A stretch of DNA of 64,000 bases from Octopus vulgaris. Taxonomy: Eukaryota. The DNA lies in the NCBI GenBank assembly GCA_951406725.2, contig OX597817.1, forward strand, positions 98,580,001 to 98,644,000. The letters run 5' to 3'. Every line of letters begins with the position of its first letter. The first letter of the stretch is position 1. Below are positions 1 through 11,780 of the stretch, piece by piece. The notes beneath the pieces are model-generated. The model did no database searches. It was given only the letters and a program-made list of their open reading frames with translations, and was not told the origin of the DNA. A program made the translations under genes and the position numbers.

Positions 1-103
1 TTACAAAAAGAATAAGTACCAGGGTCGAGTTGCTCGATTAAAGGCGGTGCTCCAGTATGGCTGCAGTCAAATGACTGAAACAAGTAAAAGAGTAAAAAGA
101 GTA
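1..103 (+). mobile_element. 3' end of tRNA-derived SINE (same family as 22494-22904)
   Basis: Matches the tail ...aaggcggtgctccagcatggccgcagtcaaatgactgaaacaagtaaaag seen at 22850-22904 and 6445-6500. Confidence 0.85.
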
Positions 104-300
104 ATACACACACACACACACACAAGAGTTACGGAATGGAGTAGGAGAAATCTTGGCTATATATGCTTCATAGTGAGTGGAACCTCAGAAGTGGTAAAAG
201 TGAGGCCAAGGATGTCTTGATTAGATTGAAAGTTACATTGTCGCAAGGAGGTACATGTTGATGCAAAGAAGATTCAATCACAATGTATGGAGGGCACAGT

Positions 301-653
301 ATGAGAGGGATATGTAAATGTAAGGAGGAAAAAAAAATATAAGGTAGTGTGAGGAAGGAGCTATTGGGCAAGGTTAGTTGACTGATAGTAGATGATATAG
401 AAATTTTGGCCGAATCACAGGATTTAGTAGTGGGATCGGTACTTGAAGAACAGATAAATTGGAGGGGAGAGGGTGAGGAAATATTTCTGGTCATGGGGGA
501 GAGAGAATCCTGTGATTCAGCCAAAACTACCATATCATCTACTACCAGTCAACTAATCTTGCCCAATCCCTCCTTCAACTTACTCTTTTATATTTTTCTT
601 TCTTCTTTCTTCCCTTCTTCTAATACCTAATTCTCCTTACATTTATATATCTC
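301..653. repeat. Imperfect inverted repeat (foldback), arms about 301-424 and 506-653
   Basis: ttgggcaaggttagttgactgatagtagatgatatag...ttttggccgaatcacaggatt is the reverse complement of aatcctgtgattcagccaaaa...catatcatctactaccagtcaactaatcttgcccaa. The outer parts taaatgtaaggag / ctccttacattta also pair. Confidence 0.85.
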
Positions 654-664
654 TGTGGGATGAC

Positions 665-1732
665 TACAGTTTCGTCCACCAAAATGTCGTCAATGTAGGA
701 GCTGGTGGCCTTTCTAATCTTGCCGTCTTTCCCTAGGACAGACCTAAGCACTGCCGCCATGATCTTCGGAGCGGAATTCAGCCCGAAACCCAGCCTGGTT
801 AGACAGTACGTCCGGCCCTTGTACCGCACCAGCTGACATCGCCACAGTTTGTCGCTCACATGGAGCTGCAAGTATGCCGATCTCAAGTCGACAATCGCCG
901 CTGCCTCAGTCGACTGTCTCCACTTACGTAATGCCTCACCACAAACGTCTGTCGCCTCACCTCCCGTGTGACACGATATGTGCTGGTTTAGCTTCCTGAA
1001 GTCCAGCACCGGTCTGACTTTTCCCTTCGTAGGCTGCACCACCGCCATCAGGGGTAGCACTCCGCCCACTACCTCCTCCTTCCAAGGGACAAGGACCCCT
1101 TCCTCGATCCACCTCTCCACCTAGTCTTCAAACTCGACCCTGGCGTGGCCTTTCAGGGTATGCTGGTAACAGCTCACCCTGTTCTCCAGCATCGGGGGCT
1201 CGTCCTTCCATCGCCACTCTATCGTCCACCGCTGACCATCGAATGCCGCCTGAAAGTCTTTGTCCTCGATGGTGTAAGCAGTGCAGTCCCTCACGGAGCT
1301 CTGCTCTCTCTGGCGATCCTGACTCGCAGTGCACGACGTCCCCACACTTCCGAACGTGACCTCATTTCCCACAACACTGACGCCACCGAGGCAGTTGATG
1401 GCGTCCATCCCCATCACCACATCAACTCCATCTATCACGCGTTCAGCCACAATTGCCTGCAGCCTTAGCGTCGCGCTGCGCACCACTATCTCTACCTTGC
1501 TGCTGCCTCTGCAACGGATTTCGCTGCCGTCGACCGCCCGGACACTAGTCACCCTGTTCCATTCCTTCGTCACCCTCGAAGTCACCAGGGTGGTCGTACA
1601 GCCCGTATCCACAAGGGCCTTGAACGTCTCCCCCTCGGCCTCCACGTCAATCAATGGCACCATCTCCAATAGTGCCTCTACTCGTTTGAGGGGAAAGTTC
1701 GAGAGGCAGCAACTTCCCCGCAGTCGTTTCCC
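665..1732 (-). pseudogene. pol: pol 5' part: aspartic protease + reverse transcriptase, truncated just after YIDD
   Basis: ALVDTGC protease motif; RT motifs VLDFRKLN, VDLRSAYLQ, RLGFGLNSAP, SYIDDILV. One in-frame TAG at 1121-1123. Confidence 0.92.
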
Positions 1733-2442
1733 TGGCCGCAATCACGGGCAATGTGCCCTGTCTGCCTGCATCGATAGCAAACGGGCCCCGGCTGCGTACA
1801 GTCCCGCGCCATGTGCGGTCCCTGGCATCTAAAACACCGTCCTGAGAACGGCCGCTCTCGTTGCACGGTGAGCTTCTGTACCTCTTTCTCGGGACGTCAT
1901 CCGTCTTTACGCGCCTCCGTCACCGCCATCGCTATCGCCTTCCACCCAGAGTGTCTCGTCAATGCGCGAGCCTGAGCTACAAGTTCACTCAATGGCATCT
2001 TTTTAACCCCGAGCAGTCGTTGTAGGTGAATCCCTACATCGTCGGGGAACCCATTCACGAACGCCAGTCGGGCTGCTCTCTCCAGTCCTTCTCCGGCAAA
2101 CCCGGCCAGAGTCGCTAGCCTTCTAGCTTCTGATGCATAGTCGTCCACGTGGCCTCCCGTCCACCTGATTGCACCTAGCTTAGCGAAAGCTGTGTACTCG
2201 CATTCCGTGTATGCGTCACACAAGCGTCGCTCTATATTCTCATCGCTGAGCCGTTCCTCTTCATCCATCTCCAGGTAGAGCGACAACGCGCTCCCTTCCA
2301 AATACAGCGCCATAAGACTCGCCACATCGCTTATGCCCTGCAGTCTCGCCACCAGCCTGATTTTGCGAATCCAGGCCACTACATTGCCTTCGCCGTTAAA
2401 AGGTCTGACGACGTCACTGGCGATCCTAATTTTTGCAGACAT
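1678..2442 (-). pseudogene. gag: gag with two zinc knuckles
   Basis: ATG at 2442 (MSAKIRIASD...); capsid-like YLEGSAL and FVNGFP; knuckles CFRCQGPHMARDC and CYRCRQTGHIARDC. One in-frame TGA at 1897-1899. Confidence 0.9.
1726..1732 (-). promoter_or_regulatory. -1 ribosomal frameshift slippery heptamer G GGA AAC (gag/pol)
   Basis: The gag frame reads caG GGA AAC (Q-G-N); a -1 shift gives GKRLRGS..., which is the protease ORF frame. Canonical X XXY YYZ pattern. Confidence 0.8.
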
Positions 2443-2499
2443 CGTGTTGAAAAAAAAATGTGAATGTTTACGAACAGCCGAAATAGCTTGTAGTGACTG

Positions 2500-3927
2500 C
2501 CCAAGACGAAATGCGGGACCGTCTGGTGTGATGCTAGCAGTATAGCGATAGGGGTGGTGTTGGCAATCGAAGGCACTGCGGTGGAGGACGCGGCCTGGCT
2601 TCGGAAAGCAGATGATTTCAACCACATCAATGTCGCCGAATTAGACACGCTGCTGAAAGGGGTGAACTTGGCCTTGAAATGGGGGCTGCGCACGATTGAA
2701 ATGCGGACGGATTCGGCCACTGTGCTTGGCTGGGTAGGATCGGTGATCACCGGTGACAGGAGAGTGCGGACGAAAGGTGCTGCGGAGATGTTAGTGAAGC
2801 GCCGTCTAGGAGTTCTAGGTGAATTGATCGCCGAATTCGGACTGAAGCTGAACATGGTTTTCGTGCCTTCGGAGAAAAACAGGGCGGACGTACTGACCAG
2901 GGTGAAAAGGGCGTGGTTGGAAGAACCGGAGGAGGCCCGGAAAGGGATAGCTGTGGCGTGTCGGTTGGATGACTCTGAACTGAAGAAACTGCACGCTATG
3001 CATCACCTGGGTGTGGGCAGGACCCTGTATCTGGCAAAAAAAATTGATGCTGACGTCACTAGGAGAAGCGTCCGGAAGGTGGTCGGGAGCTGCAACAGGT
3101 GTCAGTCCATCGACCCTGCTCCGTGTGGGCATGAACAAGGAAGCCTTTCCGTGGAGCAGAACTGGAAAAGGCTAGCTGTGGATGTGACACACTACCGTCA
3201 GCAAATGTACCTCTCCATGGTCGACTGTGGGCCGGGCCGGCTGGCCATTTAGAGGGAGTTGAGATCGGGCATTGCTGACGAGATCGTACAGATCCTGAAC
3301 AGGATATTTTTAGAGAGAGGTCCCGTGGAAGAACTACTGATGGACAACGGGGCGGCGTTTCGTTCGGAAGCATTGAGGGTTATGCTTGATCGGTGGAACG
3401 TGCGACGCTTGTTCAGAGCAGCGTATAGGCCGGGCGGTAACGGGATCGTGGAGAGGCACCATCGGACAGTCAAGGCCATAGCGGAAAGAGGGTACATTTC
3501 GCCGCTTGAAGCAGTTTTTTGGTACAACTTGTCTCCCCGATCCGGACAAGCTGAGGAATCTGTGCCGCAGAGAGCTGTGTTCAAATATGAATGGAGGCAC
3601 CCGAGCAAAGCGCTGGAGGGTCACGAGGAAGAGAAGGGACCCGTTCGCGTGAAAATAGGGGAGGAAGTCTGGGTCAAGCCACCAAAGGCGTGCTGTACGT
3701 CTCAATGGAGCAGAGGAACGGTGACGGCGATCAATTCCAGAAGCAACATATCCGTAGATGGAACACCACGACACGTCTTGGACCTTCGCAGGATTGTTGC
3801 TTCGACGGACGATGATTCTGGAGAGGGGGAGAATGAGGAGCCCAGCTTGAGAAGATCTCGACGAGCAAGGCGCTCTCCCGGTTGGATGGTAGACTACAAC
3901 ATGGAGCGGAGAGATTGTGATCTTTAA
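2500..3927 (+). pseudogene. pol: pol 3' part: RNase H + integrase (HHCC, DDE)
   Basis: VWCDASS...HINVAELD...RTDS...NRADVLTR (RNase H); HAMHHLG...CNRC; LAVDVT, LMDNG, GNGIVERHHRT (integrase). In-frame TAG at 3250-3252, likely from TGG. Confidence 0.92.
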
Positions 3928-3940
3928 GATCAGGGTGGTG

Positions 3941-4244
3941 TGTGGGATGACGTCAGCAGCTGGACGTCAGCAGCCGGACGTCAGCAGCCGGGTGTGTTGA
4001 CCGGAAGCGGGGCAAGCGGAAGGGGTCAGCTGTCAGGCGTGCGCAGGGAGCGGAAATCGCCCTTTCCAACGTGGGTCGTGGAGGTGACAAGACGTGCGAG
4101 GACATCGCTAAGGGTTTGGGCTAGCAGTTGCTATCGTTAGTGTTCGGGTCGGGGCTGTGAGGAAGGACTAGTCGTCTCTGGAGGGTCTCCATCACTACGA
4201 AGAGAAGGTAGGTGCCTCTATATTCAAATCGCACACTCAGTACA
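3941..4244 (+). repeat. 3' LTR (304 bp)
   Basis: TG...CA ends; follows the integrase stop and purine-rich aagatcagggtggtg (PPT-like); followed by the TSD ATCTC. Contains three 13-bp gacgtcagcagc repeats. Confidence 0.88.
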
Positions 4245-4249
4245 ATCTC

Positions 4250-4896
4250 ACATGGATAATTTAAAAAGTTTGACTGTTATGTTGTTCAATAAGCAAATAC
4301 ATAGATAAATAAGAAAAGAAATAAAGAGGGAAAAAAGAAAAAAGAAATCTTATGCATGTCATCACACACTTCTACGCACACATATACACATACCAAAACA
4401 CCCCCCACAAAATTAGCACATACATATATATGAGAGAGCATACATGAATTAGGCATATGGATGTTCATGCATATATAAGCAGATACATGCATATATGCAC
4501 ACACCTGCACACATACATACATATACATAAGAAGAAAAAGAAAACAAGAACTGTGTTCATTTTCTTTTCTTTTTATATTCTTTCTTCATCTTATACATTC
4601 ATATCTATTTAATATATTTTGATGTATACTTATTCTTTACTTTAGACTGCTTACTATGTATTCATACACACACACACACACACATATATATGCACACACA
4701 TAGGAGCTTGTATATTTAAATGTATGTGTGCACATGTATATTTGCGTGTGTGTGTATACATATACATATGTATACATGCACATATGTGTAAATAAGTATG
4801 AGTGTGTGTATATGTGTGTATGTGTGTATATATATATATATAAATGTATGTATGTATATTGTGTATATATATGCATGTATATATATGTATATTGTA

Positions 4897-4953
<57 letters not shown>

Positions 4954-5095
4954 GCATGTGTGTGTGTGTGTATATATATATACACATACATATATATATT
5001 TGTATGTATATGTACTTGTGTGTATATATATATATATATGTGTGTGTATTCGAATATATATATGCATGCACATCCATACACCTAATTCATATATA

Positions 5096-5126
<31 letters not shown>

Positions 5127-5305
5127 GTGCAAATTTTGTGGGTTTTTTTGATATGTACATGTGTGGGTATGTGTATATATATGTGAGTGTGTGTATGATT
5201 GTGTGATGACATGCATAAGATATTTTTCTTTTTTCTTCTTTATTTCTTTCTTATTTATGTATTTGCTTATTGAACAATATAGCAAAATTTTTGAATTATC
5301 CACAT
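4250..5305. repeat. Long imperfect inverted repeat (arms about 4250-4480 and 5055-5305) around a (TA/TG)n-rich core
   Basis: ggataatt...ttgttcaataagcaaatacata...tcttatgcatgtcatcacac...atgagagag...atgaattagg is mirrored by cctaattcat...ctctctcat...gtgtgatgacatgcataaga...tatgtatttgcttattgaacaa...aattatcc. Confidence 0.85.
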
Positions 5306-5469
5306 GACATTATTACAATTTGTTCTGGAACATTCCATAGGGAAATATATTTATTTATTTAGCAACATCTATAAACTCACAGGCCTTCAACTTGTGACTA
5401 GTTTGTTAAGTGCCAATGCATGAAACTCTTGGACCCTGAGTTACCCTGTTACTTCTGCTAAATATTAAT

Positions 5470-6500
5470 AGGTGCAGGAGCAGCTGTGTAGTAAGAAGCT
5501 TGCTTTCCAGCCACATGGTTCTGGGTCCTGCTGCATGGCACCTTGGGCAAGTGTCTTCTACTCTAGCCTCAGACCAACCAAAGCCTTGTGAGTGGATTTG
5601 GTGGACAGAAACGGAAAGAAACCTGTTGTGTGTGTGTGTATGTATATATGTATATATCATAATCATCATCATCATCATCGTTAAACGTTCGCTTTCCATG
5701 CTAGCATGGGTTGGACGATTTGACTGAGGACTGGCAAACCAGATGGCTGCACCAGGCTCCAATCTGATCTGGCAGAGTTTCTACAGCTGGATGCCCTTCC
5801 TAATGCCAACCACTCTGAGAGTGTAGTGGGTACTTTTACGTGCCATCAACACGAGGGCCAGTCAGGCAGTACTGGCAATGGCCATGCTCAAATGGTGTTT
5901 TTTATGTGCCACCTGCACAGGAGTCAGTCCAGTGGCACTGGCAATGAGCTCGCTCGAATGTTTTTTCATATGCCACCAGCACAAGTGCCAGTAAGGCAAC
6001 ACAGGTAACGATCAGTTAGCTGCTATGGCAATGATCACACTCGGATGGTGCTCTTAGCTCTCCTTTAGTACGGATGCTAGTCATCGAATTTGATTTCGAT
6101 TTCACTTGCCTCAACAGGTCTTCACTAGCAGAGTTTAGTGTCCGATGAAGGAAAGGTACGCATAAGTACATGTGACATATTAATAAATATCTGTAAATAT
6201 AAAACCATCCAGATTTCTGAGTACCTTATTTTTTCTAGTGTATGTGTGTGTGTATGTGTGTGTGTGTATGCATGCATGTATGCATGTATGTATTTGTGTG
6301 CCTGTATTTGTCCCCCCCCAACATTGCTTGACAACTAATGCTGGTGTGTTTATGTCCCAGTAATTTAGCAGTTCAGCAAAAGAGACTGATAGAATAAGTA
6401 CTAGGCTTACAAAGAATAAGTCCTGGGGCCGAATTGCTTGACTAAAGGCAGTGCTCCACACATCTGCAGTCAAATGATTGAAACAAGTAAAAGAATAAAA
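5470..6500 (+). mobile_element. tRNA-derived SINE split by an RTE 3' fragment inserted in its internal microsatellite
   Basis: 5' half at 5470-5640 (ggtgcaggagcagctgtgtagtaagaagcttgc...ccttgggcaagtg) and 3' half at 6240-6500, both matching the 22494-22904 copy. Confidence 0.8.
5657..6168 (-). mobile_element. RTE LINE 3' UTR fragment with (TGA)n tail
   Basis: Matches the 3' UTRs at 14463-15090, 19600-20135 and 23795-24380; (cat)n tail at 5657-5678. Confidence 0.85.
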
Positions 6501-6514
6501 GAATATATACATAT

Positions 6515-8250
6515 ATGATATATAAATCACGTTCTGTCTGTGTGCACGTATGTGTGTAAAAGATTATAGTGGTCGTATTTTTCAACTGATCGCACTGAGA
6601 TTTTATACATAGGTAAAAGATGTCACAGTGGGTGCATCAGTTAAATTTCATAACATAATCGGTAGTTTCAAAGTGAGATCTGCCCTTTTTTAATCAAAAT
6701 CTTGATGGAAAATCCAATTTCATTAGCACTTATTGGCTATCATTCTGCAAATCGTGTATGAACAGCTGCTATGTTCATCCAATCAGCATTAAGCTTTCTA
6801 AGCAATTTCTTGAAAGAAAATATGTGAAAATCGGTATAATTCTAGAATGAACTGTACTCAAATGCATGCATCTAGGCATGTCCCTCTGTGTTTAATAAAT
6901 AAGCTGACACGAAAGAGTAAGAAGACAAGGCAATTATTTTGAATAAGTAAAAATGAAATAAAATATTAACTTTAACAAATAGAACTAATTGGCAATATAA
7001 TGTGTGAATATTTTCTCCTAACAAAATTCAATTGACAGTAGAAAATGACAAATCGATTGGCAATTGAACATGGAAATTTGGGTGACAAATATCTAAAACT
7101 TATATAAAACAAAAAATGAGTGGTATTTTTCGACTTTTGCGTGACTCACTTGATTTGACATGTACATGCCCATTGTTTATTTTTTAATTCCATTTCATGA
7201 AGAAGGAGTATTAGTATCAACATTTCAAATTATGTGTTATTTTTTATTAATAAGCATAACTGAATGATATTTTGGCAAATTCTTATCATTTTAACGAATT
7301 TTACAGATCATATTCATTGATTACATTCTAAAAAAAGCACTATTTAGTTGGTTCTTGTAGCTTATTCATCCACAAGATTTGTTACTTTATCAGTCAACAT
7401 TGCATATTGCCAAACCCTATATCCCATTTGAAGTTTTCCAGTTATGTGGACTTAGATAACTTTATTTATAAAGAATTTTTATTAGTTTCAAATCAATATA
7501 AGGTAACATCCTTTTTTCCCAAAGGAAGCCCAGTTTTGGCTGTCTTTCATTTTCGGAGAAGTCCTAGAAGCTGTTTTGATTTGCACATTCTTTTTATTTA
7601 AATTTCACACTTAAGTGTGATATTTCTTAGAAATACCCTTTACCTTCTGCTACCTGTCAGTGCACTGGTATTTGCATTGATCATTTACATTTTACCACAA
7701 TTGCACTTTTGGTAGATAGAATATTAATTTTTTTCAAAATACGTTCTGACCACATGTGCTTATAGATGTGAATGCTCATTCACAACTGTCTGCATCCATG
7801 TGCCATTTGGTGTTTACAATACCATTGCAAATAATTGTGTGCTTTAGCAGTGCAGGAATTTTTTGCATTGAAATACTATGTATAGTGCTTGTAAACAGCA
7901 ACAAAGTAAATTTAATTGATTTTTTAAAAGATTCATTCAATTACAGATTTTTTATAGGATGCCTCGAAAAAGCAAGAGTCACACTGGCAGAAAAACAAAA
8001 AATGCTTCCATTTTGCATTCCTTGCAGGCAAGTGAGACAGAAGAACAATGTGTGCTTTAGCCTGCTTGCAATGCTGCTTCTACTTCAACTGTCAGAGGAT
8101 AACAGACAGCCCAACAAGCAGTATTCCGGCAAGCTTGCAATGCTGCCTCTAATTTGATCACCAGAGCATCACAGACAGCTCAACAAGCAGAACTCTGGTG
8201 TGCTTGCAATGCTGCTTCTACTTTGATCATCAGAGCATCGCAGATGCCCA
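6515..8250 (+). mobile_element. Degraded Helitron-like element with an N-terminal 23-aa (STPR-like) repeat ORF relic
   Basis: Helitron-like 5' signature atataaa...ctgtctgt...caactgatc; ATG at 7958 (MPRKSKSHTGRKTKNAS); gcttgcaatgctgc recurs at 8064, 8133 and 8202, an exact 69-bp period. No 3' end identified. Confidence 0.5.
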
Positions 8251-9087
8251 ATATCTGTAAATAAAGCATGTTCCTTTTTGAATACCAGCTCATTTCTGAT
8301 TTAATGTCTCAACTATGTCAAATAAACCTCAATTTTAACCATAGACAGAAGCAGAATTACACTATTTTAGACTCCAGTCCTATCACAAACTTATACTGTC
8401 CAATGGATGGGGGACATTTATTAGTGTGTGTGTGTATATATATATATATAAGATATGAGGAATTTTTCTCATGATAACTCAAACCAATAGGCATGCATTC
8501 TGAATGTTCAAATAGGTGTGCCACCAAAATATCAGCTGAACAGCAGTTGAAATTGTGGTTATGTGACTGTCTTGTTCAAAAACAGCTAAAGGTGGCATCC
8601 CTTTGAGTCATTAGGTAAATGTTAAAGTAGTGAGGAAAGGCAAACAATTAGGCAAGGCAGGACAAGGACAATTAATTTCACTTAATTCAGTCTAAATTCA
8701 GCTACATAACAAATGGTAAAAATATTAAAAAATAGTGTCTGATAACTGTTTCTAGGATATCCCAACTATTGGAGCATTGTATTGAATGAAGAATCTGTAA
8801 GTTGGAAAGATATAGGTTAGACAGTGAAAGAATGATCATCAACAATGATGTTTATTGTGTCCAGGAGGGTGGAAGGGTGGAAGACTGATTCTCAATAACG
8901 ATGTTTGTTGAGTCTAAGAGGGTCCAATTAAATCCAGTTAGACTGGGTCTTCTTCAGGAAAATCCATGATCGGAAAGGATGGCTAGGTAACACAGCATAG
9001 TAAGAGGAAGGAAAGGATTGTTATACAGTACTCCATATTGAGGGAAAATGAATGCTAGCAGATCCAAAGTTGTGCAAATACTGAGAG

Positions 9088-9420
9088 GAGGGATGAAAAT
9101 ACATTCCGGTGAGATAGATAGATAAGAGGTTTGTATTAAATTTATATATTGTTCAATATATTGAAGGATATTCAGTCCTGTGGGAGAATGAATGCTTGCA
9201 GTTCCAAAGCTGTGTGAATAATGAGACAAGGAATAAATAATACATTCTGATGAGAAAAAGATAGATAGGTAAGAGCATTTTATTAGATATATACTGTTCA
9301 GTATATTGAAAGGTATTCAGTCCAGAGAGAATGGGGAGGAATAAATAATACATTCTGGTATTAGAAAGATAGGTAGACAGATAGGTAAGGGCATTGTAGT
9401 AGATATATATTAAGCAATAT
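9088..9420. repeat. Degenerate tandem repeat, about 3 copies of 110-140 bp
   Basis: aaatacattc(c/t)g...gatagatag(a/g)taag(a/g)g...tatattgaa...tattcagtcc recurs near 9097, 9238 and 9346. Confidence 0.65.
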
Positions 9421-9992
9421 AATGAGGGATACTTTTGTCTCGGGGTGGGAGGACCAGAGGGAATAACTACAAAAGGCTAGTAAGTTGGCATTCCCATCCA
9501 AAGAAGTTAGGGGGTGAGGGCAAAAATGTAAAGACCTGATAAGGGAAAAATATAAAACAATACAGGTTACAGACTTATAGAGGTGGGGTTGTAGGCAATA
9601 AAGTGGACACAAGAAATATTATAGACAAATGCATAGTGGGTGGTCAAATCTTACTATGGTGGATACAAAGGATTGTTTAGCCACTAAGAATAGCTAGAAA
9701 TAGATGTGATTTAGTAAAGAAAAGAGTTAAGATTTGTGGTATAAAAAGGTTAAGACATAAAAGTAAAATAAATAAAAATAATTTAATATTAAAATAATGT
9801 TAACTTTTAAAAATAAATTTAAATTAAAATTAAAAATTAGTGTCTGTAGTGCTAATGAAGATACATTATTAAAGACAAAAAAAGGCATCGGAGGGGTGAA
9901 GCATACCCTGCGCGCATATAAACTTTTTTGCAAATTATAGCGTAGCTTACAATGCATTGCTTAACCATGCTTTTTTATCTCTTTTTTTTTTA

Positions 9993-10480
9993 AGTATCAT
10001 CCTTATAGGTATTTATAATCTGGTGAAATTAAGAAATCAATTTGTAAATAAAAGAAAACCTTGAATCCATCAGTGTACACACACACACACACACAAACAG
10101 GGTTGCATATCTATGTATGTGTTTATGTATGTATGAACATATGCATAGGTACACCATGATCTATACACATGCAGATGAGGGTTGATTCATATGAAAAAGA
10201 AAGCAAACAAAATAATATGACCACTTCTAAATCCAATAAAAAAAATTTTTTTCTTACGTATCACCATTATAGGTATTTATACTCTGGTGAATTAAGAAAT
10301 CAAGTCATAAATAAATGAAAACCTCGAATTCATCACTGTACACACATACATACACACACAGTCACATATCTATGTATGTATTTATGTATGTATGCACATA
10401 GGTACACCATGATCTATACACACACAGATGAGGATCAATTCATATGAAAAAAGAAAGTGAACAAATTAATATGACCACTT
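9993..10480. repeat. Tandem duplication, 2 x about 230-260 bp
   Basis: gtatca...ttataggtatttata...ctggtgaa...aagaaatcaa...ataggtacaccatgatctatacac...aatatgaccactt is present at 9993-10226 and 10258-10480. Confidence 0.85.
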
Positions 10481-11001
10481 ATTGAGAAATTTATAAATTT
10501 TAAATTAAGAAAAAATGATTTTTTTAAAGATAATCAAACTAAATGTTCCAACCAAGTTGGCTAGTCTTTCACTGAACATGAATATGAAACTTATAGATCA
10601 TATGAACTCTACATATAGAAGTCACATGCCATCATGCTGATCTCCTTCAATACAGGAACATTACACATACCCAGGACATTATATAATATAAACACAATTT
10701 TTACCAAAAGTCAAACCCAAGGGAAATAATCATCCAAGAATTATTACCCAAAAGAACAGTCATCTCCTTGATTTCTTGTTTTTGTTTACCAAAAATTCTC
10801 ACAAGATTTTATTGTGACTTCCCATGTTTTTTCATGTTTTAATCCAAATTGGAGAGAAAAAAACAATTTTTCTGTGATCAGCTTGAAGAATAGTTGAGAT
10901 ATTTTCTTAACATGAAACCAATGGTAACCTTAATACACAAATAAAGAATCTGTATCCACCAATGCAGTGTTGAGCACTCATTCTCAGTGTTTGATATTTA
11001 A

Positions 11002-11063
<62 letters not shown>

Positions 11064-11549
11064 CATATCATCATCATCATCATCATTTAACGTCCACTTT
11101 TCATGCTGGCATGGGTCGGACGATTTGACTGGCGCTGGCTTCAGTGTCTGTTTTGGAATGGATTTTATGGGTGGATACCCTTTCTGACATCAATCACCAC
11201 ACCAATGTCCATCTCTCCTAGATGAGATTATAGGTAAGTTATCTTGCCTGTCCATGACTTTCAGGTGCTTTAATACACAGCACTTTGAGAGAGTATACTC
11301 CATCATGCCAAATTGCAGCCAAACAGCAAATACATGAGCTGTATACATTAAGTATATCTTTATTACACTAGTACTGCTTCTATTTCATATTTGAATTTAT
11401 TCTTATGTATGCATTGTCCCAGCATACCCACACATAGTTTGCATGCTTTGTGGAGTGATTGGCATTAGGAAGGGCATCCAGCCATAGAAATCAAACAACT
11501 GGAGCCTGGTGCAGCTCTCTGGCTTACCAGCTCTGGTCAAATCATCTTA

Positions 11550-11780
11550 CACTGAAGAAGAAAGACTAGACGAGATCATTCATGACATTCGGCAATCTGA
11601 GAAGGAAACCGAAGGAGATGATGACATTGTTTATAATGATTTTATTCATGTATTTGCATATTTTAATAAATACACATGCTTAATCTATCAGCGAATTTTG
11701 TTCCTTTGGTTAACAAATCCCTCATTTAATAATTCCAAAATAGGCAGTCCCATGATGGATTTATAAAGCAGAGTCTACTG
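11550..11780 (+). mobile_element. pogo/Tigger-like transposon 3' end relic
   Basis: Acidic coding remnant (LDEIIHDIRQSEKETEGDDD) followed by the terminus ...agagtctactg|TA, i.e. a CAGTAGACTC-type TIR. Confidence 0.45.

Larger units (their letters stand above)
654..4244. mobile_element. Ty3/gypsy-type LTR retrotransposon, internally rearranged (gag-PR-RT inverted, 5' LTR reduced to 11 bp)
   Basis: Begins TGTGGGATGAC (654-664), identical to the start of the 3' LTR (3941-3951), and ends ...cagtaCA at 4244. ATCTC direct repeat at 649-653 and 4245-4249. Gag/PR/RT on minus strand, RNase H/integrase on plus. GC- and CpG-rich relative to flanks. Confidence 0.93.

Noticed and set aside
145-175. Minus-strand ctatgaagcatatatagccaag as a decayed hammerhead
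   Set aside because: Both core motifs would need several changes; not supportable.
4286-5303. Cluster of 70-150 aa ORFs rich in Y/I/H/T/C/V
   Set aside because: Translations of (TA)n/(TG)n microsatellites; the same applies to similar ORFs elsewhere in the track.
9247-9315. CTGATGA ... GAAA as a hammerhead
   Set aside because: No helix II or III pairing, and sister repeat units lack CTGATGA.
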